Positions 1 through 12,797 of a stretch of 64,000 nt of DNA are shown here, in pieces. Source of the DNA: Cystobasidiomycetes sp. EMM_F5 (Eukaryota); assembly GCA_051047955.1 (NCBI GenBank), contig JBPGPT010000038.1:1-64000 (forward strand), read 5' to 3'. How positions within the stretch are numbered: the stretch's first letter is position 1; each line of letters begins with the position of its first letter. The position numbers were made by a program, and so were the translations under genes. The notes below the pieces were generated by a model. It searched no databases, had not been told where the DNA came from, and saw only the letters and a program-made list of their open reading frames with translations.

Positions 1-278
1 ACCTGAAGTCCGAAGAAGCCCGAAGTGGAGACTTCGGTGGGAGCTCGGCTCACATATTCTAAGTCGTCAGCATCCTTCGGACTTATTTCGACTTCCCTTG
101 TCCCATCAAGTACCTCTCGAAATTGATGTCTGATGTCGTGATTCTCTCGTGTAGGAGTAGGCAGCGCAAGGTCTCTTTGAGTCCGAGCTCACGAGGTTGA
201 TGTCACAAGTCGCCCGAGGCAAACTTGAACTCTGGATTTGGGGAAAAACAAGTTGTGCTACGATTACAGCATCATAGA

Positions 279-385
279 ACCTTGATCTTTGATGTGTATC
301 TGAACGGCCTACTGGGGTTCCTCAGGAAGACGGTACGTGTGCAGTTCCACCTTAGTCCTTGATGTGTAGCTGGACTACCTACTGG
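279..385. repeat. Imperfect 37-bp direct repeat, 70-bp period
   Basis: ACCTTGATCTTTGATGTGTATCTGAACGGCCTACTGG (279-315) vs ACCTTAGTCCTTGATGTGTAGCTGGACTACCTACTGG (349-385). Confidence 0.7.
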
Positions 386-1351
386 CTTCCCTCACGGCAA
401 ACCTTCTTCGAGCATTGGCATCCAACAGCGAGGGTGCCCGGCTGCATTTGGAGGAGCTGTCCGGCGCTTTGAGAGTCCATCTGACTTGAAGTCGAAGCGG
501 GAAGTTTTTGCCAGATCTCCAACTGTAGTTTCGAATGGATTGGTTTGTGCGCGATGCGCAGATGGTCGAGGAACAAATTCCCTTGCCGTGAACGAAGTCT
601 TTGCGAGTTCTACACACATCGTCGCGCGTATCGATGATTATAGCTCTGAGGGAAATTTTATTTCGAGACGTCAAGGTGGTTTCCCTTCTTCTCGGCAGAA
701 ACAATGCCGCATTTACTGACTTTTGACATGAGAGGACCATATTTCTGTGGCCTGGGCTTGGGCCCTAATCTTCTCAAGCTTGAGCAGATGGATGGAACTT
801 CTGCTTTGGGCAGCTGATGTTTTTGCTTGCCAGGAACGATGGATTCGTCGTTATCACTGAGTTCTGTTATGTCTGCATCGGCGTAGATTGGTTTTTCCAA
901 GTCTCAGAAGGATTTGACATATCGCATCTGTTTGCTGATGACCACGTTCTATTCGGGAAAAGGCCTGCGTCTGAAAGGTTTCGTGGACCCCAGGAAATGC
1001 AGAGGATAAGTCAAAGGCTCCAGGTGACAGGACTTGGCCTGGCCGATAATCGTACACCGGAACATGATTTCTGTTGGTCACGGCGTACGAAGGCGCATTT
1101 TGACGCTTAAGCACCATCCAGTGCCTTACCGTAAAGTAATGTTTGATAGCTGTGTAAGAAATCAAGAGTCTAATTCTGTTGCATGCCGTGGTGGTTGCCA
1201 GCTTCGATGCGGGTCGTTGTGAATGTTGACGGCGTGAAGGGAAGGTCAGCAGCTTCATGGAGGTGTAGTTGAGCGGCATCTCTCCAGCGGTATGACGAGC
1301 CCCCTTCTGACCGCTGCCACGTTGCATCGCGATGTCTGCGGATGAACAAGC

Positions 1352-1405
1352 ATTTCAAGGGCTAATTAACTGCACTAGCCCATCAAGTGCATCAGCCCTT
1401 GAAAT
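1352..1405. repeat. Inverted repeat / hairpin
   Basis: ATTTCAAGGGCT (1352-1363) pairs with AGCCCTTGAAAT (1394-1405); inner TGCACT/AGTGCA stem. Confidence 0.8.
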
Positions 1406-1850
1406 CAGTCTTTGACACGTTTTTCGCCTCACGAAGTCAACCGGTATAGGCGCCGAGTAGAGCTGCTTGGTATTACCGCGAGCTAAATGTGTCATTAATA
1501 AAATAATGAATTAAAGAACCGGCGTTGACACTACTGTCGTATGGCTGTTGTAGTCTCGGTATGTCCGGCTGAGCCGCCGCCATAGCCAGGTTTGATGCCC
1601 GGAGCGAGGAACAGAGAAAGGCCAGAGCAGGTCAGGATACTGATAAGGACGGCCGGCAAGCACCTTGATGAGACACCATGTGCCGGCCCGTCATCAAGTA
1701 ATTCTTAAATGTTTGAGCAGATTCGTTCGATCAAGTCCTTTGTGGACCGTTCTCGAAAAATCGGCGCGGTGCAGATGTCATATCGCCCAACAACAACACC
1801 AGTATTCTTTCCTACTACGCTCACGACATTTGTAGTGTACCAGAGGCACC

Positions 1851-4575
1851 ATGTGCGCGCGTTCCTACTGCGTTAAGCTACAAGTCGACTGACATACTCT
1901 GATTTGCAGGACCAGCGTTGTAGGACTGGACATTGGCTCGAATACGAGTAAAGTGCGTAAAGGCAATATCACTGGCAACAGCTACTAAATCTTGTCTCCG
2001 TAATTAGATTGGTCTCGCCCGGTGAGCATAACATGGCCATGAACCGTGCACGCTCACAACGCTTACGCTCTTTATGATAGCAACCGAGGTATCGACATCA
2101 TTGCCAATGAAACGAGTAATCGTCTCAACCCGTAGGCATCGACTGTCTGCGTCACTCCACACTGCGTACACTGCTGATTTGAGCCTCTTCAACAGATCCC
2201 TGGTCGGTTTTGGCCCCCGGAATCGCTTCTGCGGTGAGGCAGCAAAATCGCAGGAGACCTCCAACTTCCGTAATACAGTTGGCTCGTTAAAACGCCTGAT
2301 TGGACGCTCTTTGTCGGATCCGGAGATCGAGCAGTATGAGAAGAAATTTATTCTGGCAGACCTCGTAGACGTAAAGGGGTCAATTGGCGCCAAGGTGAGA
2401 GCTCGAATCTACCGAGCGGTATGCGCTATCACAGCTCATGCTTTCTCTGCTACTGCGCATTCTTCAGGTGAACTACCTTGGCGAGCAAGTCCAGCTGTCT
2501 GCTACGCAACTCATGGGAATGTACATGGGTAGTCTTCGAGAAATTGCAGCAAAGGAGCACGGCGGAGCTGTGAATGATGTAGTGATTGCTGTTCCGGCAT
2601 ACTTTACCGACTCGCAGCGCCGCGCCGTCCTGGATGCCGCCGACATTGCAAATCTACATGCATTGCGCCTCATTAACGATACCACCGCTACTGCGTTGGG
2701 TTACGGTATTACGAAGCTAGACCTACCAGAGCAGGACCAGCCACCGCGACATGTTGCGTTCGTCGACATTGGCTATTCGGATTACCAGGTGTCGATTGCA
2801 GCTTTCAACAAAGGAAAATTGGTCATCAAGGGGACATCATGGGATAGACAGTTTGGTGGCAGAGATTTCGATTACGCACTGGCTCAGCACTTTGCAGCAG
2901 AATTCAAATCAAAGTACAAGATCGATGTTCTCAGCAACCCCAAGGCTATGTTCCGACTCCTCACCGCTGTAGAGAAACTGAAGAAGATTCTCAGCGCGAA
3001 CGCTCAAGCACCTCTCAGCGTTGAGAGTATAATGAACGATGTCGACGCTTCATCGTCCTTGTCACGGGATGATTTCGAGGGACTCATTGCCCCACTACTC
3101 GAACGCACGGTCGCGCCTCTGGAGCAAGCTCTCGCCGATGCCGGATTGACGAAAGAAGAAATCGACAGCGTTGAGCTCGTCGGTGGCTCCACTCGGATGC
3201 CGGCCTTGAAGAACCGTGTGCAGGAATTCTTTGGCAAAACACTCTCATACACCATTAATCAAGACGAAGCCGTTGCGAGAGGTGCTACTTTGGCTTGTGC
3301 AATTCTTTCCCCTATATTCAGGGTTCGTGATTTTGCTGTGACGGACATCAATTCCTTTCCCATCGATATTTGCTGGGAAAAGAATGACGTCGACAACGAG
3401 ACTTCGATTCGAGTCTTGGAAAAGGGTGCCACGGTACCAGCAAATCGGACCATCACATTGCGACGCAAAGAAACTTTCGATCTCGAAGCACGTTATTCTC
3501 CGGACAGTCGCCTACCGCCTGGCACGAACCCTTGGATTGGCAAATTCACGGTCAAGAATATCCAGCCGACCAAGCAAGGCGATCATGCTGTAGTCAAGGT
3601 CAAAGCACGTCTTGACATTCACGGTATATTTTCGTTTGGCTCGCCGTACGTTCTGGAGGAAAGCGAAGAGGAGGAGCAATCTACCCCGGCCGATGCCGCA
3701 ACTGAGCAGGAGAATGCCGATGGCGTGAGCAATGTCCCAAAGAAGAAGAAGACTATCAAGAAGGAAGTGCCAGGAATCTTTGGCTCGGCCGCATTGGACC
3801 GAACTTTCGTGGAAGAGATGCGCGAAGAGGAGGGCAAGATGTTCGAGTCGGACAAGCTCGTCGCGGCCACGGAGGACCGCAAGAATGCTCTGGAGGAGTA
3901 CATCTACGAAGCCCGTGATAAAATTGACGGGGCCTGGTCCTCGTACATGCCGGCATCAGACAAGGATAAGTTCCGTGAGCAGTTGACTGCAGCAGAGGAC
4001 TGGCTCTACTCTGAGGATGGCGAGGATGCAACAAAATCAGCTTACGTTGAGAAGCTGGATGTTTTAAAGAAAATCGGCGATCCGGTGCATTTTCGTTTTC
4101 GCGAAACCGATGAGCGTCCCAGAGCGCTTAAGGTCATTCGTGAAACGGTGGTGGACTTCATGAACAAAGCCACGTCAGGCGACGAGAAGTATTCTCACTT
4201 GTCCGAACAAGATCTCCAGTCTGTCATCGAGAAGTGTGCCAATACTCAAAAATGGCTGGACGACATGGGCGCAAAGCAAGCAGAGCGACGCAAGGACGAG
4301 ATCCCAGCCTTTACGAGTGCCGAGATTCGCAAGCGTTGCGATGAGGTTGCATTGTAAGTCGTTGACATAGAACTGGATCCAGAGCCTTACTAACAACTAC
4401 ATCCAGCTTCTGTCGTCCAATTCTCAGCAAACCCAAGCCAAAGCCAAAGACCACGGAAAAAGCATCCGAGCCCACCAAGCAGGAGAAGCCGGCTACGACG
4501 AACGGAGACTCGGAGATGCCCGATCTCGAGCCAGTCGACGCCAAGAAGGCAGATCCGGACATGGATATAGATTGA
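1851..4575 (+). CDS. SSE1: Hsp110/Sse1-type Hsp70-family chaperone (nucleotide exchange factor), multi-exon
   Basis: Spliced N-terminus MTSVVGLDIG..IGLAR NRGIDIIANETSNR; AKSQETSNFRNTVGSLKRLIGR; LINDTTATALGYGITKLDLP; ELVGGSTRMP; DRKNALEEYIY; last exon after the intron at ~4353 ends PDMDID*. Confidence 0.97.
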
Positions 4576-4835
4576 GATCTGGATGTAAATTAATGTGCTT
4601 TCTAAGCAGACAGCAGTTGCAATCTAGATTGAAGGCGGTTCTTAGGGCTAGTCAAGTTTTGCATGCGCACACGCGAGTAGATCGCGTTGGGCAGGTCACG
4701 AAAAATCCCGTTAACAAGTTGTGTGCGTAGCCTGGTACACGAGGAGGGACTAGCTATAAGGTGTTGCACGTTCACAACAATCACGATGAAGGAGGCGCAA
4801 TTGCCAGCTTCTGCAGTGCCACTGAGAATTCGAGT

Positions 4836-6950
4836 TTATACTGTAGGAGATAGAGAAGTAGTCAGTGCAATGTCGCACGGTATCACGTACAACACGCTTA
4901 CGAAGATACGTAAAGTATTCATTCTCGACGTCTGTTCGGTCATCTAGACCTTCCTTTCCATGAACTTCCGCTTCTGACGTCTGATGGTACTTTCGTTGCA
5001 TAGAGTAGTCGGTGATTTTCTCGTCAAGACCTAGTTCGAGACGCTTCCTCTCCTTGCGTTTCTGTAGCCGCATAAGATTGAGTGCTTGTAGCACGACCGC
5101 TGCAGCGAAGCAGCACCAGATTCCTAGGATGGCTTGCAGAGAGACGTGATATGTAGGAGCTTGTTGTGCACTGAAGATATACGGTGTCGCGATGTTGCCT
5201 AGAGAGTTGGCAGCGTTGAAAGTGCTGTGAAGAGGTAAGCGGCCTCAGAATTTGCCACCCTAGCGCTCAAAATCGCAACAAACCTAATACTTACGTATAG
5301 TAAACAGCCTTCTTGGTTTGACCTTTTAAGAGATTCCCAATGGTAATTGAGCGGCAGGGAAATGAACGGTCCGCGGGGCATAATGTTGATAGATAGGATA
5401 GATCACCCAGTCAGCCAAGCGTAGCACCACAACAACAACATAACGTTCTCTAACCGGCTGCATTCGCTCCGATCCAGGAGAGGAGTATAGGGTTGATACC
5501 GAAGAGTAGATTGAGCAGGTAAAAGCCGAAAAGAAGAACGCCTTGATTGCCTGGCGTCTTTGGGACGGCGTACATGAGAACGATTCCGATGAGAACAATA
5601 ATGACAAAAGCGAAGAGAATGATGGACTTGTTCTGGAATCGATAGGCTAGATATGAAGCCGTTAGAATCCCGATAATTTGTACTGCTCCGGTCGGTCCAT
5701 TAAGCAAGACAGACTGATCCGATGTGAAGCCAAAGAGCGTATTCAATATGATAGACCCAACTGGTAATAGCATTCAATTTAGCTGGGAGCCACTGGTGAA
5801 GACAACATGCAACGTACATGTTGACGAGACTGCCGCGCCTGCGTTGTTACAAAAAATCATTACCACGAACAGAAACCACTTGATCTCCGTAAACGCCTCG
5901 AAGACTTGGTACATCTTGAAGTCATGAGACACGATACCTTGCTGATTGGCCTTCAGGCGGTCGACTGCTTTAAGCTTGTCCTCGGCATTTAAAAACCTCG
6001 CTTCACCCGGCGAGTCGTGAGCCCACCAGAATGTAGCGATACCGACCATCACGGTAAAGAGTCCAAAGAGCAGGTAGACGGACTGATAGGTGTGCAGAGA
6101 CGTGGTAGGGGCCCGAGCCATGCCATAAACGACGAATGCAGATATCATTGTGCTGAGTCCGTAACATCCATACCACATTGCAACCCGCAGTGGTTGTTCC
6201 GAACGCCGATAGAAGGAGATTGTGATCAGACTGAATAGAGGCACAACCTGTATGAAAGCAGTGATTTAGCCACCGCGTCTCTGTGCTCTAGTGCCTAGAC
6301 AAGCCCTACAGCCGCTGAACGACAGGGTCGGCAATACCAGGACAGTCAATGAAAATCTCGAAGTTGCTAATTACAAGGAGCGCTTACCTTCAAAGCCCCC
6401 GAGAAAGAAGCGGGCGGCCATGAGGCCTCCATAGTTTGTCGAGCCAGCCATTCCCAAGAGAGCCACGGCCCACCCGATTACGATGACGGGTAAGATGTAG
6501 CGATACTTGAACTTCACGACAAGCCAGGCTGCAAGCGGCTGCACACCGAGTTGAGCATAGTATCCAATTGAGCCGATGTTGGGATAATCATTGCCGGTAA
6601 GATGTGCATCCGTCTTCAATCCGTAGACAGCGGTGAGACCGACAATACCTTTGTCGGCGGATTGAAGGAAATAAATCATACAGAGTAGAGAGAGAATGGT
6701 GATGTCTGTCTTGCGCAAGATACGCTTGTTCTGTAAGCCTACAAGTCAGATGAAATATTTTGGGCAGGAGAAGCCATTACGAAATTCCACGTACGTCTGC
6801 CTCAGAACAAGTCACGGTCCCCGGTTCTGCGATGTCTTTGCCTTGCTCAACGCCGGGAGCAAGATGATCCACATGTTCGAGAGATCCTTCACTTTCCTTC
6901 TCGCCAAGGTGATTTACTTGCGGAGTCGGGCGAGCCACTCCGTCCAGCAT
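4836..6950 (-). CDS. MFS transporter, anion:cation symporter (Dal5/allantoate permease-like) family
   Basis: Exons give RILRKTDITILSLLCMIYFLQSADKG, AARFFLGGFE, FYRRSEQPLRVAMWY, HDSPGEARFL, WIGANAAG and DDRTDVENEYFTY. Confidence 0.92.
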
Positions 6951-7873
6951 GTCGGCGGGAATCTCGGTCGAAGTGTAGTATTCTGCGACTGTGCTCTGTT
7001 TCAGGCTTGACTTTGCGTGGTTCTCTACCAGGTGGGTAACGAAGGGAGAGCACCGCAGTCTGCAGCTGGACGGCTGAGGATTTGGTACCGACTCACTGGA
7101 GGCCTTTGTTGCCCCATGTTAGCCGTTAGAGTTCCCCATGGGCATCGCACGCATGTAAGCGGTTAGCGAAGGCTGCTTATGCAGACAAAAATATCATCGC
7201 ATTCCGCCCTTCATTTGGGATCGCCCGGCCGCGGCAGACGAGAGATTTCGGCATAACATCGGCGGATTGACTGAAAGCACGTGGGAGGAAGATACACTTA
7301 AATGTGTACGAATACGCCTCTGACTTGTTGCCCTGAACATATATCCGCGAGGCTTAATAAGACTCATGGCGAGAGTGTCACAATACCTACCGTCGACTAA
7401 TCCTGCTATCTGAGGACTTACTTTCGCCGCAGTCCGGCTTGAATCAGTTTGGATCACTTTGAGCTATGTTGGCAGAGATCCGTCTCTGACTGCAATCTGC
7501 AGTGGTTATTCATGTGCGGTGCATACCTTTACCTTATGAATACCTTATTGAGCGGTTCTGTGAAACGCAGATTTAGTCGAGCAACTCAAGCCAGGCGTAT
7601 TCCAGGCGTCTTCCAAGCAGACACTTTCTCACATGGTCGTGCATAAAGCGCATAAGCATGAAGTCTTGATCGCTGTCCTCAAAGTGGGCAATGCATGCGA
7701 GAAAGTGGACCTGGCTACTCTAGTCCGACTCATTGACTGGAATCCGGTACATTGTCCACAAAACACAGGTATGACTGCATCTGTTGCGTGGCAACCGGTC
7801 AGCATACAATCTACTCCATAACATCATATTCTCGTCACGCCTACTAGCAAAAAAAAGGTCAATGAGCCAATGC

Positions 7874-9627
7874 TCAAATCGGACTTGTAATTCTTGACGA
7901 AAGTAGAGCGGACAGCTGAGCTAAATCCGAAGATCGGTCCAAACTGGTAATCAATGCCAAGATAGCTTCGGTGCGACTGTCAGAGACGACTAATTTGAGC
8001 ATTTTTTGGACCTTCATTCTGGAGTTTTGGATCGTCAGGCAGGCACCCAATATCTTGTATCACCTGCTTACAATATGTCTTCGTCACTGAGCCCAGGGAG
8101 TATCGCTCGTGCGGCTTTGAGTGTCTCGCTTACACTAGACCCATCGTTGAAAGTGACGGTGATCCGGCAGGCGAATTTATTGTTCTTGTCTTCGTCAAAC
8201 TCGGAGGCGTGCTCGTAAGTAACCTTTTTCTCGACAATCTCCCGAATTAACGGTCTGTCGATCTGTTCTTGCGTGAACTGCGTGACGAAAACCTCCCCAT
8301 CCAATAGCTGTGATGCTATAGCAAATCCAACAACCATTTGAGCAGCTACGGTCGGGACGGGTGCAGGTGGCAGAGGAAAACAGCCATGATGTATGGTAAC
8401 AGCAGATGCAGCGATATTGATGTTCTTGATGCTTGAAATATCATTTACTCGAGGATGCGCGTCTTGAATCTTTTCGAGTAGGTCAGCATGCTTGTACGAC
8501 TACCCCCCTTTCAAGCGGAATGCACTCACTTTCGCGAGACATTCAATTGGTGTCTGTACAGCTCCCATGGCTGCATGTTCTTTTATTGCGTAATGAAGGG
8601 TCTCCCATCTGACTCCCAGCTCGTCGCATACTTCATCAACAGCTGCGGGTCGCTCGGACCTGCTCCAAACTGAATAAAAGCCGCCATAGGGAACATCTAA
8701 TATCTGTTCAATGCTGTGCCGAAGAATCAGAATGACTGCAGCAATATGACACTGAGGAGACTGACCCAGTGAAACCAGATCGGCTCAGGAAGACGGCTAG
8801 CAGACCATTGCGGGCGGCGAACCCATGTTGCATTCGTTTGACCATTGCGCCCGCTTGAGCAGACATCAGGCCACAGGCCTGCGTTGCCGCAGTACCGAGA
8901 GCATGCTCTGTCTGCTGAGGACTGAGACCAAGGAGCTTTGAAACGGAAGCAGCGACCCCGATGTGACCTGGACAAATGGTTGAGTCATGTGTATCGATGT
9001 GGGCTGTCACACTGTCACTCACCCATAAGTGTCCCCGAATGGATGCCGCGGTTGAGCAGATCTACTCCACCAAGTGCGAGGCCAATGCGCGGGGTAACCT
9101 CCAGCCCCACTATCAGGGCCAAGAGTAGGTCATTGCCGGTAATCGAATGTCCTGAAGGTCCAAGGGATCCGTCAGCCAAGACCCTCACCATACAGCATCC
9201 CACTAACCTTTGCTTGTCTCGTGTTCTATCGCCGCAATAAGCGATGGCAACATCAGACTCATTGCATGATTGGGAGACCGGCGATGGAAATCATCCAATT
9301 CGAAGCCTTGTACGAAGGAAGAGTTTAAGAGCGCCGCACACAATGGGCCTACTTTCTGTGTTATGCGGCACCGTCGCAGCTCAGCAAAGTTTCGTCATTT
9401 CTTCACATCAAACTGACCTTGTCCCAACCCCAGATTCCACAGGCTCCGGGCGACTCAATTTCTAGCAATGCCTCCGTACCAATGGATGACCAAGGAAGGT
9501 GTGACGCGACCAGACCGCATGCAATGCCATCCAGCGCCATGCATTTTGCTCGCTGCTGTACTTGGGTCGGTACATCCTCGAGGCGCAATTTGCATATCCA
9601 CTCGGTTAGTTCGGTTGTGACAGACAT
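7874..9627 (-). CDS. MmgE/PrpD-family enzyme, cis-aconitate decarboxylase (CadA/ACOD1)-like subgroup
   Basis: LDGIACGLVASHLPWS, VQGFELDDFH..H, GLEVTPRIG, TQACGLMSAQAGAMVKRMQHGFAARNGLL, VPYGGF and ITVTFNDGSSVSE are colinear with Aspergillus terreus CadA as recalled. Confidence 0.92.
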
Positions 9628-9732
9628 TGCGGAGCGTGTAGTTGCTGTGTGAAGGCAAGCATGGTGTGCCAAATGACCCTACAACCGTGCCAGAACGACC
9701 CCGGAGAGCCGGCCGACCGAGTGGAAAAGGCT

Positions 9733-9742
9733 CGGACTTCCG
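9733..9742. promoter_or_regulatory. Putative Zn2Cys6 binding site CGGA-N2-TCCG (CGGACTTCCG)
   Basis: Inverted CGG triplets in the ~200 bp divergent promoter between the PrpD-like gene and the TF; the same motif occurs in two other cluster promoters. Confidence 0.6.
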
Positions 9743-9830
9743 ACTCTTGATCGGCAGCGTTAGACCCCGTCCCTTCTCCACTCGTGCAGCGAAGGCATCT
9801 CGTTAACGGCCACAGCCGTCCACTCACAAT

Positions 9831-12680
9831 ATGGCTCATGATCTCGACATTAATGGCAGTACTCAGACCATGCAGGTGTCGCCCTTGCTCAGCAGGACCG
9901 AATACACGCCAGTCAACGTTACCTCTAGATCTGAGAACAATGACCGCGCTCGGAAGCGTCTGAAACGGTGCCCAAATGCGTGTGTGGAGTGCCGTCGGCG
10001 GAAAGCGAAGGCGAGTCAGTGTTTAGTCGCCCGACGGATCATGGGTCTGAGTGGACTTCCGATAGTGCAACCGGCAGACTCCATGTTCGGGTTCGTCCTG
10101 TTTATCTCCTTCGGGCGAGACGACGTGAACTCAAGCGCGAAGTTTGCAGAATGCATCAAACGAGACGAAGCACACCTATGCTACGGGGCGATGCCCGTCG
10201 CAGACGGCCGGGAAGCACTGGAATCATTGTCTTACATCCCCGCCAGTATATCGAGTCTGAATGCCCTGGCCGAGCGAGTCCGAGCGCTCGAGGAATCGCT
10301 AGGCGGGGTCAAAAGGGCCGCTACACCAGGCGGCAGTCAGTGTTCCGACAATATAGGCGGCAGTACTAAGAATGGGCGACCCGCCCAAGAATCTGTACGC
10401 GCCGATTCGGGCCTGATAACACCTGCAGAAGCTAATCTCGAGGATAGTGAGGCCAATCCACGAAGTTCTCATGCATTATGAACCACTGCTGAATGCTCCA
10501 CTACTCCTAGCTGTTAGACAAATTGAGCAACATGTGCTTGAAAGCTTCGCGGAAACCGCTTTGTCAATCGATGGCCGTGCGCAATTCTGCAAATCTACTC
10601 GGGTCGTTTTGGCTGACATCCATACCTCGGTCCTTGTGCAGCTGTCACATTTGCCAGCAATGCCGGCGATCGCATCCGTGATCCCCTGCTCAGCACGAAA
10701 CGCGCGTCCATTTGGCTAGCTGTGGTTCCATCTCGTACGCTCAAGGCTTACACTCTAATCACCGACGGAGCCGCGCCCCTTCGTCAGCTTGTCCGTGCTC
10801 TGCCTAGTCGAGGCAGATGCAGATTATTGCTCGACATGTTTTATGAGTGTATCGATAAAGACTGGCATTATCTGCATCGACCGTCATTTTCAGCTCAATG
10901 CGACGAATTCTTATCCCTAAACAATGACAACGATCTCCGTGATCTCGATCCCGCCTGGCTAGCCTTGTTCACCAATACTCTTGCGTTGGGAGCCAGAGCT
11001 CAGAGTATTCGATTCCCCGATGACACGTTAGGCGAGGCCCTGCATGTCAAGCTCTCGGCAATGAGCGAGCTCTGTCTGGCATACGCCGAGTGGACCACCC
11101 GACCCCAAGTGAGGATAGTACAGGTACGTCAGTTCCCGTCTACGAACATAGCTCTGCGGAGCTTACCACAACGCGCACCGCTCCCGAAGTAGACCCTAAT
11201 TGGTATGACATGCCTGCTATCACATAGCGGCTCCCTCTTCTTCAGCAACCCGCAGGACATGGATCTTGGCGGTGCTTCTCGGGCAAGGCGATTGCTCGGA
11301 GTGGCTGTTTCGCTTGGTCGCTCCCTAGGACTTGATCGCGTGACGTTGTCGGCAACTGAAGAACAGTGCCCCTTTTTTCGAGACGCTGCTTTCGCAAGCG
11401 ACGGACCGTCAAGTTCTCATAACGAGATGGGCAGAAGATGGTGGTGGTGTCTTGTCGCTCTTGATGGCAAGTCATGCATGGGATCCCGAACACATCGACG
11501 TCACATACAGCCTGGAAGCTGTCAGTGTTTGGAGAACATCGTCCGACTCAGAAGCTGAGTCGATTGTCTTTCCAATCACAGACTGTACACCGTTGCCATC
11601 GCGCAGCTTGGATACCGACCTATCGATCGAAGTTAAGGGAGCAACTTCGAGCGATGCGGATACTATCATCTATCAAGCTCACCTCATAAACCTGATTGAT
11701 AAGTATCCCACTGGAAGAGGACTTAGCTACGGGGATATACGAATGCTGGATGGACTGTGGCGACCGCATTTCCAGGAGCTACTTGGCTGCGATGTCGGCG
11801 ACCCTGGCCATCAGTATATGCAAGGAGCTTCCTTTAAGCCTCTGCGTCTCTCTCTGGTGGCGGGACTTCATAATCGTGTATGGCCCATCTCAAATTGCGG
11901 TGGAGACTAGGGCTGACGAGATACATAGCTTCTGCAGATTCATAGACCGTATCTGTAAGTGTACTCCACCAAGGATTGTTAAGAGACTTAACTGACTGGC
12001 ATTCGTGTTGAAATAGGCTGAAGGGATTGACAGACGCCAATTTCAAGCAATCGTATCAGACATGCGCCGATTGTGCGCTTGCCATCATGACTGCATATTC
12101 GGCAGAGTGCATTCGAAATACGATCCTTTTCGACTGGTGGTCGTATAAGCATATTATAAATGCGCTCATTGTCATGACACTGGTCTATATACACGATCGA
12201 GGCAGCCAAATACGGCCATGCAGCCCCATCGATTGGGCACAGGTGAACGCACGCACTCTGTTTCTCAAGGGGTCGACAGCGCACAATGAAGTAATCAGGA
12301 AAACAGCGCAGCAATGCTTGCGTCTTCTGGAAGCTTTGTGCTCGGCGGCCGCTACACTGGCTGGCAAGACTAGCGGAAGGGATGCAGTTATCGCTCTTCA
12401 GAGCCTTGTACGAGAGTCGAAGAACATGCCTGAGCAACCAACGCAATCTTCGGAACCCGCTGAGAATGCAGCGGCTGCTCGAACCCTAGACGTCTTCAAT
12501 GAGACCTGGCCGTTTTCCCCCAGCGACAGACACTTGAACGGCAGCGATAGTAACAGCCTCTTGGATCAGACGACTTTCGATAGCGACCTGTTGAAGTACT
12601 TCGACTTTGATGGGATTGTGACATCGCATGAGCAATACTCGAATTTCGGAGACTTTGACTGGTTAGTACAGCAGTACTGA
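9831..12680 (+). CDS. Zn(II)2Cys6 transcription factor with fungal TF middle-homology region
   Basis: Spliced cluster CVECRRRKAK-CNRQTPCS-ECIKRDEAHLC; LPSRGRCRLLLDMFY..WHYLHRPSF; LGRSLGLD; EMGRRWWWCLVALD; acidic C-terminus DFDWLVQQY*. Confidence 0.9.
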
Positions 12681-12797
12681 AAACTTAGATATCGGTCAGC
12701 GTTGTAGAAGTGGGCTGCGCACAGAACAGGTGTATAGATACAAAGCAATCCTTTTCACGTAACATTAGCATATATATACAATGAGTTGGATTTGCGG

